This document shows positions 1 to 9,778 of a stretch of DNA of 64,000 bases, piece by piece; position 1 is the stretch's first letter, and every line of letters starts with the position of its first letter. The stretch comes from Candidatus Nezhaarchaeales archaeon. Lineage in GTDB: Archaea > Thermoproteota > Methanomethylicia > Nezhaarchaeales > WYZ-LMO8. The stretch lies in contig JAWAKK010000002.1 in the NCBI GenBank assembly GCA_038887515.1, positions 310,803-374,802 of the forward strand, in the 5' to 3' direction. Below the pieces are notes generated by a model, which saw only the letters and a program-made list of their open reading frames with translations, did not search any database and was not told the DNA's origin. Made by a program: the position numbers and the translations under genes.

Positions 1-1
1 A

Positions 2-586
2 GGTTGTGACAGCATTATAGTAAAAGCTTTAGCGAAAAACATTGTTGTAGCATTAAAGATCAGGAGAACTGATTCTCACGTTAGGACGCTAGCTATTGAG
101 GGCGAGAACCAGAAACTAGCAAATAGCGTTGGTGTTGGAGCTAAGGTTTATGGTTTTAGCGACGACTTCATAGTTATGGATATAGTAAATGGATTACATA
201 TAGACTCGTTCGTAGAAAAAGCTAGTAATTATGATGCCAAGAGGGTAGTAATTGACTTGTTAAAACAATGTAGGAGACTAGACCTATTACACTTAGACCA
301 CGGTGAGCTTTCGAGGGCACACAGGCATGTAATGGTTACTCCGGATCTTAAACCCGTGATAATAGACTTTGGAAGTTCAAGCAGGGTCAGGAAGCCATCA
401 AACGTGTCGTCAATATTTAACTTCTTATTCCTGTCTAAAAGAAAGTTGTCGGCATTATTGTTAGAGAAGTTAGGGGTCTCGTTGATTGAGGATGAAGCCA
501 TTAAGATGCTTCGAGAATATAAGAGAGGATTGTCGGAGGAACTCTTCACGAAATTATTGAGCATGGTCTCTCTAGGCGAAACATAG
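2..586 (+). CDS. RIO/Bud32-like Ser/Thr protein kinase (5' truncated by window edge)
   Basis: Frame open from base 2: VALKIRRTDS (kinase VAIK lysine), HGEL catalytic-loop variant, IIDFG motif. Confidence 0.75.
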   Translation, partial: GCDSIIVKALAKNIVVALKIRRTDSHVRTLAIEGENQKLANSVGVGAKVYGFSDDFIVMDIVNGLHIDSFVEKASNYDAKRVVIDLLKQCRRLDLLHLDHGELSRAHRHVMVTPDLKPVIIDFGSSSRVRKPSNVSSIFNFLFLSKRKLSALLLEKLGVSLIEDEAIKMLREYKRGLSEELFTKLLSMVSLGET

Positions 587-622
587 ATAAATAGCCTCAT
601 CTAAACCTCTCAACGCTAAAGA

Positions 623-722
623 GGGGCCGTAGTCTAGCCTGGACTAGGATGCCAGCCTGGGGAGAAGTCCCCACAACTTCACGGATCGCTGGTGATCGGG
701 GGTTCAAATCCCCCCGGCCCCA
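623..722 (+). tRNA. tRNA-Pro(GGG) with 24-nt intron at 37/38 (663-686)
   Basis: GGGGCCG/CGGCCCC acceptor, CCAGC-CTGGGG..C-GCTGG anticodon arm, TTCAAAT T-loop, intron stem GAAGT/ACTTC. Confidence 0.93.
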
Positions 723-2845
723 TTAACCTTATATCCTAGCATCCTTTGTGCTTGTTCCACAATTTTTTGAGCTACTTTCGGCCCTATCTTTGGTATCTGA
801 GCTAACTCAGTGTGCTTAGCCTTCGCGATGTCCATTATGCTTCTTAACCCATGTTTATAAAGCATCCTAGCTCTAACCCTTCCTATACCTTCAAGCCTTA
901 AAAGTTCCAGCAACTCTTCTTTTACGCCCCACCTTATTCTCGGAACTAATCTACTAAGGTTCTTCGCATGTGTCACAAAGTTCATGACTTTGGCTATCTC
1001 ACTAGTAGCGTAACAAATCCACTCCGCTACCTGCGTAATCGCATATATGTCCCCTGGACCTACGTCATACTTAAGCAATAAGTCGTTCTCGGGGACTTCG
1101 TTTATCCAATCATGTATTAGGAGAGCCGTCTTCACCTCGGACAATGTTGCAGCAAAGTTTTCCTCGTCTAGCAAAACTTCGTTGCTATCTAAGATGAAAG
1201 ATCCCAACTCCTCCATTTCCTTCTTTTTAACATGGAGTTTAGGTACCTCAGGTACTTTACTTATTAAATGTAAATACTTCAGCGTCGAGGCCTCTCCTAA
1301 CCCCTTTAGGTATTTCAACAACACCATTGCTGATAGTGGATCTATGTATAGCTCTGAAATTCTACGGCCAAGCTTCGTAGCTCTTATAACGCCTCCACGA
1401 ATTGTTACGAATCCTTCTCTTTCTAGAAACCTTAAAATTCCTTTTATGCTCAACATGGCTCCAATGCCGGTAAATTGATGCGCATAAAACGTCTTGGAAA
1501 TAAAAGCTTGAACATCGCCAAGAGTAGCTTCATCCAAAGACGCGATGGTCGCTAGGACCTGCTTTCTCAGCGATGCTTCATTTGCCAATTGCGAAGTTAT
1601 ATTTTCTGGCTTGGACTTTACATAGTGTGTGAATACATCTAAAGCTTCTACTTCGGTCTTTGCTATCGCTATAGCCTCTCCATGCTCATCGTACTGCGGC
1701 CTTCCAGCCCTACCAGCCATCTGGTGGAACTCAAGTATTGGAATCTTGTACATTCCACGATCAACTTCATACCTCTTGTAGTCTTGTATTATAACCCTTC
1801 GAGCTGGCAAATTGACACCAGCAGCTAGCGTCGGCGTTGAACATACAACCTTTATCTTAAACCTCCTAAACCCTTCTTCTATTATCCTCCTCTGCCTGGC
1901 CGAAAGGCCCGCGTGATGGAACGCTACCCCCCTCCTTATTAACGCTACAAGTTCTTCATTTACAATGGAGGCCTCTTCACCTTCTTCAATTTCGTCGCAA
2001 ACGTCCCTGACATCTTTTGGATCTATGAACCCCTCTAAGTGTCTAGAAATTTTGCCAGCATACTTCACAGCATTTTGACGCGTGTTAGCAAATACAAGGC
2101 ATTGTCCTCCTTCTCTAACTACCTCTAAGGTCATATCTATTATCGGGTCGCCTGTTATCCTCTCAAAAACGTGCTCCTTACCATCGTCAAAGAGTACTCT
2201 GCTACCTAAACAAACGCCGACTTTCAATGGTACAGGCCGCCAATTACTTTCAACTAATTCTGCTTCAAGCCAATCGGCTATCTCCTTTGCGTTGCTTATC
2301 GTGGCGCTAAGTGCTACGATCTGCAACTTGCTATTAGAAGCCTTCAACCTTGCCAACACAGCTTCTAAGGTTGGTCCCCTATCTGGGTCATTTATCAAGT
2401 GTATTTCATCTGATACTACTACACCGACTTCATTAAGCCAAGGAGCCTTATGTCTTATTAGGCTATCGAGCTTCTCGTTTGTACAAATTATAACATCGTA
2501 GTTGATTAACCACCTATCATCGCTATCGTAATCGCCTGTGGTAACCGCCGCTTTCAAGAGCCCTTTCTCTTCGTACTTTTTAAATTCAAGCCACTTTTCA
2601 TAGGCCAACGCCCTAAGAGGCGTCAGATAAAGAGCTTTTACTCTTCGTTCTATAACACCTTTCGTTATTGCAAGTTCGGCGATAAGGGTCTTTCCCGAAG
2701 CTGTGGGAGCGGAAACAACGAGGTTTTTACCTTTCAATAGCCCAGCTTCTACAGCTTTCTCTTGGGGCGGATAGAGCTTCCTAAACCCCCTTTCGATAAG
2801 CACGTGCTTGACTTCATCAGGAACTTCTAAGGATTCTACATCGAT
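704..2845 (-). CDS. hel308: Ski2-like DEAD/DEAH helicase Hel308; probable ATC start at 2845 (ORF track starts at 2803)
   Basis: LYPPQ Q-motif, APTASGKT, DEIH, SAT, QMAGRAGR, C-terminal HhH; GGTGA RBS 6 nt before ATC. Confidence 0.93.
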   Translation of the reverse strand: MDVESLEVPDEVKHVLIERGFRKLYPPQEKAVEAGLLKGKNLVVSAPTASGKTLIAELAITKGVIERRVKALYLTPLRALAYEKWLEFKKYEEKGLLKAAVTTGDYDSDDRWLINYDVIICTNEKLDSLIRHKAPWLNEVGVVVSDEIHLINDPDRGPTLEAVLARLKASNSKLQIVALSATISNAKEIADWLEAELVESNWRPVPLKVGVCLGSRVLFDDGKEHVFERITGDPIIDMTLEVVREGGQCLVFANTRQNAVKYAGKISRHLEGFIDPKDVRDVCDEIEEGEEASIVNEELVALIRRGVAFHHAGLSARQRRIIEEGFRRFKIKVVCSTPTLAAGVNLPARRVIIQDYKRYEVDRGMYKIPILEFHQMAGRAGRPQYDEHGEAIAIAKTEVEALDVFTHYVKSKPENITSQLANEASLRKQVLATIASLDEATLGDVQAFISKTFYAHQFTGIGAMLSIKGILRFLEREGFVTIRGGVIRATKLGRRISELYIDPLSAMVLLKYLKGLGEASTLKYLHLISKVPEVPKLHVKKKEMEELGSFILDSNEVLLDEENFAATLSEVKTALLIHDWINEVPENDLLLKYDVGPGDIYAITQVAEWICYATSEIAKVMNFVTHAKNLSRLVPRIRWGVKEELLELLRLEGIGRVRARMLYKHGLRSIMDIAKAKHTELAQIPKIGPKVAQKIVEQAQRMLGYKVNGAGGI

Positions 2846-2870
2846 CGCCTCTCACCTTAACCTTTGGGTA

Positions 2871-4925
2871 CTAAACCTTCTTATAGTAACCATCACGAGG
2901 TTGGAACAGCACGCCGTCGTTGACAAGTTGTTTCAATGCTTTTTCGACGAAAGCCTTATCCATACCCTCTTGCTGAGCTTTCTCAAATATCAGTTCCTTG
3001 CTAACAGGTCCTCCTTGAAGCTCCTTTTGAAGCTCTTCCACTATCTCTACCAACTTAACCATTTTCTGCTGGACCGTTCTAGGCTTGCCTATCATTATTA
3101 TATCTATATCAGGTCGACCTGCCGCGTCGCTCCCTACAGTCCTCAAATAGTAGTCCATAAGCTTAATGGCTGCCTCAGCATCTTCTGCTCTCACTTCGCT
3201 TCTAAGTGCCATACGTGCCCTCGCTTCTGAGGCTCTTACAAGCGTTTCTAACTGCCTAACAGTGATAGGTACGGGGCTATCTTCCGAGGCCTTTTCCCTT
3301 AAGCTAAGGAAGTAGCTCTTTATTTTCTCGAGAGCCTCATCAGTTAACCTTGGTTTCACGTTTCTTCTAGCATACGATATGTATTTTCTAAGAAATTCGG
3401 GATTGAATGGTGCTATGGGCTCGCTCTTCATAGATCTTAAGCTTAAGACGTGGTCTGCTAATGCAGAGTCTCTAATTTTATTTGGCTTGTCGAGCGTTAC
3501 GAATATGAAGTCGAAACGAGACAATATCGTTACCGGCAGATTTATGTTCTCTGATACAGGCCTATTGGACATATATCTGCCGAATCTGGGGTTCGCAGCA
3601 GCTAGGACTGACGTTCTCGCGTTGAGCATGGCCACTATTCCTGCTTTGGCTATACTAATGGTCTGTTGTTCCATTGTCTCATGCATTGCAACTCTATCTT
3701 CATCCCTCATCTTGTCTATTTCGTCTATAGCGGCAACTCCGTTATCGGCGAGCACTAGGGCACCGGCTTCAAGGAAAAAGTCTCCTGTATTCTTGTCTCT
3801 AACAACTGTTGCCGTCAGACCGGCTGCCGTTGAGCCCTTACCGGAAGTATAGATTCCTCGCGGAGCGAGCTTAGCAACGTATTGAAGTAGTTGGCTCTTG
3901 GCCGTCCCAGGATCTCCAACAATGAGTACATGCAGGTCCCCCCGTATCTTTACCCCATCAGGCATGACCTTTGGGACTCCGCCGAAAAGCATGTAAGCTA
4001 TGGCCTCCTTCACTTCCTCCATTCCGTAAATCGAAGGAGCTATTGACCTTATTATCTTGTCAACAATTGCTGGGTCGCGGGCTGCCTCCCTTATCTTCTC
4101 TTCGTCTTCAGGAGTTATTTCAACGTCTTCTATTCCTTTAATTGGGACTTCGAGGTAATTGGCTTCTAAGTATGTTGTAAATGTGGTTAACCTACCTAAC
4201 TTTGGTGAATGGTCTTGCCTAACGGATAAAATACCACTTACCAAAACTCTATCGCCAGGCCTAGCCTTATCGACTAGGTCGTCGGTTACGAAAACCTCTA
4301 CGGAACGTGGTAATTGACCGGAGGGCACGTCTTCAGGCTTTTCTTGAATTACAAGCGTCTGGACATCCATGTATGTGGAGTTTTCTGGACTGAACTCCAA
4401 GGTTCCTCTTTTCCCACATTTAGGACAAGTATTCGGATAATTGAAGGTTCTAGAATTTTGTGGTACTTTAATTATTTCTTGACAGTTATCGTTCCTACAT
4501 ATGAATGCACCCTCTACGATTCTTTGCTTTATGCTACTAGCTCTAACAACGACGCCGTCAACAGTTATGATCTTATTAATATGCTCGGCTCTAATCTTCC
4601 TAATAGGGACGGTGTCGCCAGCTTTTCTGAACCTGGCATAAAACTTTCCAATTTTCTCAGCGTAAACTCTATTTTCGTTCTTTACAACGTCATAAAGAGC
4701 CATTGACGCGTAATCGAGATACTCCCTTGGTTTATCGACGACTCCTCTAGCCAGGTTCTCGTTGAATAATAATAAATCCTCAAAGTCTATTACAAGGGAC
4801 TTAGAACCTGATACTATCATATGACGTATCCTTTCTCTATACTTTAAAGCCCCCTTATCATCGATGAAAGACTTCAAGAACTCCGAGAAATGCCCTGTCG
4901 GATCTTCATGTCTTACTTCAACCAT
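2871..4925 (-). CDS. mcm: MCM replicative helicase
   Basis: Zn finger, GDPGTAKSQ Walker A, IDEIDKM, SRFD, ITVRQLE; GGTGA RBS before ATG at 4925. Confidence 0.97.
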   Translation of the reverse strand: MVEVRHEDPTGHFSEFLKSFIDDKGALKYRERIRHMIVSGSKSLVIDFEDLLLFNENLARGVVDKPREYLDYASMALYDVVKNENRVYAEKIGKFYARFRKAGDTVPIRKIRAEHINKIITVDGVVVRASSIKQRIVEGAFICRNDNCQEIIKVPQNSRTFNYPNTCPKCGKRGTLEFSPENSTYMDVQTLVIQEKPEDVPSGQLPRSVEVFVTDDLVDKARPGDRVLVSGILSVRQDHSPKLGRLTTFTTYLEANYLEVPIKGIEDVEITPEDEEKIREAARDPAIVDKIIRSIAPSIYGMEEVKEAIAYMLFGGVPKVMPDGVKIRGDLHVLIVGDPGTAKSQLLQYVAKLAPRGIYTSGKGSTAAGLTATVVRDKNTGDFFLEAGALVLADNGVAAIDEIDKMRDEDRVAMHETMEQQTISIAKAGIVAMLNARTSVLAAANPRFGRYMSNRPVSENINLPVTILSRFDFIFVTLDKPNKIRDSALADHVLSLRSMKSEPIAPFNPEFLRKYISYARRNVKPRLTDEALEKIKSYFLSLREKASEDSPVPITVRQLETLVRASEARARMALRSEVRAEDAEAAIKLMDYYLRTVGSDAAGRPDIDIIMIGKPRTVQQKMVKLVEIVEELQKELQGGPVSKELIFEKAQQEGMDKAFVEKALKQLVNDGVLFQPRDGYYKKV

Positions 4926-5463
4926 TGTCTTCACCTCTAATGCTTCGACGCCACCTTAAGATGAGATTGACCAATTCATTAAAAAATATCTTCTCTTCGG
5001 GTGCGAGTCTCTCAAAGACCTCCTTTGGAGGCTGAGTACCCATCAAAGCCATGTTTACGATCTTCTGAATTCTACAATTAATTATGTCAGTTAACTTTAC
5101 TTCGGCTATTCTCTTTTCGTTTAAAACTTCAGGGTTATTTTTTGCTCTCTCATTTAGAAGTTTGAGGTAACTTTTCGCTTTAACATAAAATGTAGGTTCG
5201 AGCTGAAGGAGTTGAGAAGTTCTATTCTCTCCCCAAGCAACCTTCGAGATAACTTTTAAATCTATACTCTTATCGTCGACTATCTCGACGTATCCTCCAT
5301 CCTTTAAGATATTAGCTATCCAACGCTCTACCTCTAACTCTTGGTCTTGTGCTAAGGGACCTAAAACTTCGTTTCCTACTTTTATCTCGGGGATCCTTTT
5401 AAGGACTTTAATCTTTACTTTTTCCATTTCGTATAAGGGCTTTCCGCAAAAAAACGTGGACAT
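4918..5463 (-). CDS. gins23: GINS complex subunit Gins23
   Basis: B-domain-first GINS pattern (VERWIA..L), helical domain ending LAPEEK..F; directly upstream of mcm. Confidence 0.8.
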   Translation of the reverse strand: MSTFFCGKPLYEMEKVKIKVLKRIPEIKVGNEVLGPLAQDQELEVERWIANILKDGGYVEIVDDKSIDLKVISKVAWGENRTSQLLQLEPTFYVKAKSYLKLLNERAKNNPEVLNEKRIAEVKLTDIINCRIQKIVNMALMGTQPPKEVFERLAPEEKIFFNELVNLILRWRRSIRGEDNG

Positions 5464-5587
5464 TAGTCTCTTCTCTATTTATTATTCTCCCCCCTACTAA
5501 AGGCTAACTTTAAATGCGCGGCATCGATCTACTTCACATTGGCTAAACCCTATAAGAGTGTAGTGCAATAGATAATCTGAGGGTTAT

Positions 5588-6568
5588 ATGGCCTTCAAGG
5601 AAGAAATACCAGCTCTCTGGGTTGAAAAATATAGACCCAAGAAGCTCGATGATATCGTGAACCAGAAAGAAGTTGTTGAGAGGCTGAAGAAATTCGTCGA
5701 AGAAAAGAACATTCCTCACATGCTCTTTGTCGGCCCACCGGGAACTGGTAAGACGACGGCTGCACTTTGTTTAGTATATGAACTTTACGGTGAGAATTGG
5801 AGGCAGAACGTCCTCGAGCTCAATGCATCTGACGAAAGAGGTATTCAAACGATAAGAGAAAGAGTAAAGGATTATGCTAGAACCGTTGCTTTAGGCGACG
5901 TACCTTTTAAAGTTATCATATTAGACGAATGCGATGCTATGACTTCAGAAGCTCAATGGAGCTTGAGACGAATAATGGAGATGTTCTGGAGGACTACAAG
6001 GTTCATATTGATAGCGAACTACGGTTCAAAAATCATAGAGCCTATACAATCTCGTTGTGCAATATTTAGATTCTCAATGTTGTCGAAAGAGGACATAGCA
6101 GAGAGACTTAAGTTCATAGCAGGTCAGGAAGGCGTTAACTTAACTCAAGAAGGGGTAGAAGCCATATGGTACGTTGCCGGAGGGGACATGAGGAGGGCTA
6201 TAAATCTTCTTCAGGCGGCGGCAGCTTATGGAGGACCAGTCGATGACATTACTGTATACAAGGTGGCTGGCAAGGCGAGACCAACCGAGGTTCATGAAAT
6301 GCTTAAACTTGCCCTTAAAGGTGATATCATAGCCGCAAGGCAAAAAGTTTACGATTTGATGATAAACTATGGCTTAACTGGTTCGGACATAATAAGGCAA
6401 GTGCATACGGAAATATTTCGCCTAGACATATCTGAACCAACTAAGATGGAGATAGAAGACCTCGTTGCCGAGACGGATTATAGACTTATCGAAGGGGCCA
6501 ATGAAGATATACAAATTACCGCCTTCTTGGCACAGTTAGCCAAGCTGGGTAAGAAAATGGCTGATTAA
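5588..6568 (+). CDS. rfcS: Replication factor C small subunit
   Basis: WVEKYRP, GPPGTGKTT, ELNASDERG, IQSRC. Confidence 0.97.
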   Translation: MAFKEEIPALWVEKYRPKKLDDIVNQKEVVERLKKFVEEKNIPHMLFVGPPGTGKTTAALCLVYELYGENWRQNVLELNASDERGIQTIRERVKDYARTVALGDVPFKVIILDECDAMTSEAQWSLRRIMEMFWRTTRFILIANYGSKIIEPIQSRCAIFRFSMLSKEDIAERLKFIAGQEGVNLTQEGVEAIWYVAGGDMRRAINLLQAAAAYGGPVDDITVYKVAGKARPTEVHEMLKLALKGDIIAARQKVYDLMINYGLTGSDIIRQVHTEIFRLDISEPTKMEIEDLVAETDYRLIEGANEDIQITAFLAQLAKLGKKMAD

Positions 6569-6569
6569 A

Positions 6570-7802
6570 ATGTCGTCGCGCTTAGTCCCGTGGACTGAAA
6601 AGCATAAGCCCCGCTCTATAGCTGAGATAAAGGAGATAGTAGGTGAAGCCGAGTATATAGATAATTTCGTCTCTTGGTTAAAGAATTGGAAGCCAGGGGA
6701 GAAGGCTGCATTACTTTATGGTCCTCCAGGCGTCGGTAAGACTCTTATAGTAGAAGTAGTAGCTAAAGAACTTGGTTATGAACTTTTTGAACTTAATGCA
6801 AGTGATGCTCGAACCGAAAGTGCATTAAGAAGACTTGTAGGTCAGTCATCTAAGACTATAAGCTTTTATAGTTCTAAGGGCAAAATAATATTCCTCGATG
6901 AAGTTGACGGCTTGTTTGGAACCGAAGAGGCCGGAGGAGTTAAGGCGATCGTGGAGCTAATTAAGGAGTCGAGGGTCCCTATAGTCATGGCTGCTAACGA
7001 TCCTTGGGATCCTAGGCTAAGACCTCTTAGAGATGTCTCAATCATGATAGAGTTTAAGCGTCTGAAATCGTACTCCATAATAAAGCATCTGAAAAAGATT
7101 TGTCTAAGAGAGGGTATAACTGCTGACGAGAAAGCGCTGAAGATAATTGCTGAGCTATCAGAAGGCGATATGAGAGCCGCTGTCAACGACTTACAAGCCG
7201 TTTCTCAAGGTAAAAAGAGGCTTTCGGTAAGTGATGTTTCATGGCTTAGAGCAAGAAATAGACAATACCAAGCTTTTGACGTTCTTAGGATGATGTTTTC
7301 GGCTAAGCGATGCGATGACGCTAGGAGTGTAGTGAATTCATCAATTCTGGATTACGAGACCCTTATGTTGTGGATAGATGAGAACTTGCCAAGACAATAT
7401 ACTGATCCAGAAGAACTCGCTAAGGCATATTACTACTTGGCGAGAGCTGACATATTTTTAGGCAGAATGAAGAGAGGACAGAAGTGGGAGCTGTTAAAGT
7501 ACGTTATAGACTTTATGACAGCTGGTGTGGCAATGTCTAAGATACACCCATACAAGTTCGCTAAGTATAGTTTTCCTCAAAAGTTGCTTTTGTTAGCTAA
7601 AGCTAAAAACGTAAGAACTATGAGAGAAGCCTTATGTGAGAAGATAGCTTCCAAATGCCATCTGTCAAAGAGAAAGGCAAGTACTGAAATCATACCTTTC
7701 CTACACGTTATTTATGAGTCTCCGGGCCTAGCTAAACGCGACATAAGCCGATGGCTTGACATCGACGAATCTATGGAGGCCCTCTTAAAAAAGCAGAGTT
7801 AG
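6570..7802 (+). CDS. rfcL: Replication factor C large subunit
   Basis: PWTEKHKP, GPPGVGKT, ELNASD, DEVDG; follows rfcS. Confidence 0.95.
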   Translation: MSSRLVPWTEKHKPRSIAEIKEIVGEAEYIDNFVSWLKNWKPGEKAALLYGPPGVGKTLIVEVVAKELGYELFELNASDARTESALRRLVGQSSKTISFYSSKGKIIFLDEVDGLFGTEEAGGVKAIVELIKESRVPIVMAANDPWDPRLRPLRDVSIMIEFKRLKSYSIIKHLKKICLREGITADEKALKIIAELSEGDMRAAVNDLQAVSQGKKRLSVSDVSWLRARNRQYQAFDVLRMMFSAKRCDDARSVVNSSILDYETLMLWIDENLPRQYTDPEELAKAYYYLARADIFLGRMKRGQKWELLKYVIDFMTAGVAMSKIHPYKFAKYSFPQKLLLLAKAKNVRTMREALCEKIASKCHLSKRKASTEIIPFLHVIYESPGLAKRDISRWLDIDESMEALLKKQS

Positions 7803-8524
7803 TCTAAACTTACTTCAAGATGTATCTTTCTTAAGTTTCTTGGAACCCCCTTCAGTATAGATACGAGTCCCTGTAGCATCTGAACTAATACCTTTGAAGT
7901 AAATTGGTTTAGTTGAACGTTCTCTCCGTTAACAATTAACTTTACGTTCTCTTTCCTCTTGGCGCACTTAAGTAGTGTCCCTTCACCCTTTGCTATGGCT
8001 TCAGCCAGCTCTCTACAATTGCTAAACCCGCACTGACCACAGTTATCCTGCGCAAGAGAGTTTAGGATATCTTTTATTAATCTTTCACGAACGATACCAA
8101 TGAGATCGTCAGTCCTCATAACCTTATATTTCCAAGGGCCTTCAATTTCTTTTTCTATTTTTTCGGTCATAGGCACTATTGCCATGCTTTTAAGACCAAA
8201 CTTTTTAACATCAGACATCGAGACCGCTGCCACAATGTAAGGGTCTTCTTCAAACCCATCGATTAGTGCTAAGCACCACCTCCCCGGAATAAGGCTCTTT
8301 ACATCGTCTAGGCTGACTCTGAAGTTTGCTCTTATAAAAATTGAAGAGCCTATGGTACTCATGACCAATGTTATTTTGGGGCTATTGTAATCGTAATTGT
8401 AATCGTAGTCCCTAAATACCAATAGTACGCTGTAACCTTCTTTTCCTAGTTTATCGCCTAACTCGCTCATTAATCTCAATCTTGCCTCTCTTGTAGAGCC
8501 TACTATGCCAATTGCCGTCTTCAT
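7799..8524 (-). CDS. MobB-like protein with degenerate P-loop and C-terminal Fe-S (CxxCx4Cx16C) domain
   Basis: NCGQCGFSNC..C plus V.LIVNG..V.LNQF tail as in archaeal MobB; operon with moaB/moaC. Confidence 0.6.
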   Translation of the reverse strand: MKTAIGIVGSTREARLRLMSELGDKLGKEGYSVLLVFRDYDYNYDYNSPKITLVMSTIGSSIFIRANFRVSLDDVKSLIPGRWCLALIDGFEEDPYIVAAVSMSDVKKFGLKSMAIVPMTEKIEKEIEGPWKYKVMRTDDLIGIVRERLIKDILNSLAQDNCGQCGFSNCRELAEAIAKGEGTLLKCAKRKENVKLIVNGENVQLNQFTSKVLVQMLQGLVSILKGVPRNLRKIHLEVSLD

Positions 8525-8527
8525 GAT

Positions 8528-9058
8528 TTAGCTCCTTACATGAGCTATTATGTGACTTGCCTCGGGCAGTATTAACTTCTTAAGAGCTAACTCGACGGCG
8601 TGAGGTGAACCGGGTATTGAGAATATGACTGTTTCTCCGTATATACCAGCCGTTGCTCTTGTTAGCATAGCTGCGCTGCCTATCTCGTTATAGCTTATGA
8701 ACCTGAGGAGTTCTCCAAAGCCTGGAATCTTCTTCCTTAGCAGCTCTTCAACAGCTTCAATTGTTACATCCCTATTGCTCAAGCCTGTACCGCCAGTTGT
8801 TATTATAACATCAGGCTTTAAAGTCTCCGCAATTCTCTCTATCTCCTGCTTTATTATAGATGGATCGTTGGGAACTATAGATCTACCTTTAAATATATGT
8901 CCGTGCTCTTCAACTATCTTCATGATCCTCATGCCATTTTCATCGTCTACTGCCTCTCCCTTCTTAAACTGATTATAGAACGTATCACTTGTCACTATCA
9001 CGTAGAAAGACACTTTTTGAGGTGCTTTCTTCTTGTGCTCGTCAGCTACTTTACTCAT
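8528..9058 (-). CDS. moaB: Molybdopterin adenylyltransferase MoaB/MogA
   Basis: TSD, ITTGGTG..RDVT, PGFGE, PGSP motifs. Confidence 0.92.
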   Translation of the reverse strand: MSKVADEHKKKAPQKVSFYVIVTSDTFYNQFKKGEAVDDENGMRIMKIVEEHGHIFKGRSIVPNDPSIIKQEIERIAETLKPDVIITTGGTGLSNRDVTIEAVEELLRKKIPGFGELLRFISYNEIGSAAMLTRATAGIYGETVIFSIPGSPHAVELALKKLILPEASHIIAHVRS

Positions 9059-9510
9059 TTCAAGCCCTCCTTAACCTTGCTAATAACTCTTATAGTTGTT
9101 ATCTCCGTGTAAGGGTACTGCCCTTTCTCGTCCTTCTCATACTTCTTAACCATATCCCACACGTTAAGTAAAGCTATGGCGGTAGCTACCAATGCCTCCA
9201 TTTCAACACCAGTTTTCCCCACAGCCTTCACGGTCGTTCGAACCCTTACCCCGTTATCTTCTACGATTATCTTTACGGAGACGTTGGTAAGAGGGATCGG
9301 GTGGCATAGTGGTAATATTTCGGCTGTCTTTTTCGCCGCCAATATGGCGGCTATTTCCGTCGTCGAAAACAGATCCCCCTTTTCCACACCACTTTCGCGT
9401 ATCCTCTTTATAGTTTCAGGCCTTAGCTTTACGAATCCCTCTGCCTCTGCCTCTCTATACACATCATCCTTTCCGGTTATATCAACCATGACTACTTTCA
9501 TTTCTATCAC
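9055..9510 (-). CDS. moaC: Cyclic pyranopterin monophosphate synthase
   Basis: MVDIT.K, LCHPIP, TGVEMEAL, WDMVK. Confidence 0.95.
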   Translation of the reverse strand: MIEMKVVMVDITGKDDVYREAEAEGFVKLRPETIKRIRESGVEKGDLFSTTEIAAILAAKKTAEILPLCHPIPLTNVSVKIIVEDNGVRVRTTVKAVGKTGVEMEALVATAIALLNVWDMVKKYEKDEKGQYPYTEITTIRVISKVKEGLK

Positions 9511-9778
9511 CCATAGATTTGAATAGACACATTAAAACTTCGACTCGAGGGTCTCTTAGGTTGATCCTGAAAACCCTTATCCTTCCAAAAATTTTTTCCG
9601 TAATAATACCAGTCTTCTTCAAGTCCTCAAGGTGTCGCGTAACTGTTTTGTAGTTAACCTCAGCTTCCCTAGCTATGGCAGTTATATTAAGCTCCTCTTT
9701 TTCTATTAGAACTCTTAGTATCCTTACTCTTGCCTTAGAACCAAGTAGACTTTCTATGCTCAACCCCTTTTCCTCCAA
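9482..9778 (-). CDS. ArsR-like winged-helix protein (cdc6-associated)
   Basis: LGSKARVRIL..L...ELNITAIARE wHTH pattern, overlaps cdc6 3' end. Confidence 0.75.
   Translation of the reverse strand: MEEKGLSIESLLGSKARVRILRVLIEKEELNITAIAREAEVNYKTVTRHLEDLKKTGIITEKIFGRIRVFRINLRDPRVEVLMCLFKSMGDRNESSHG

Noticed and set aside
1047-4706. Many long antisense ORFs (here and throughout the track)
   Set aside because: Shadows of well-supported genes on the opposite strand, with no motifs
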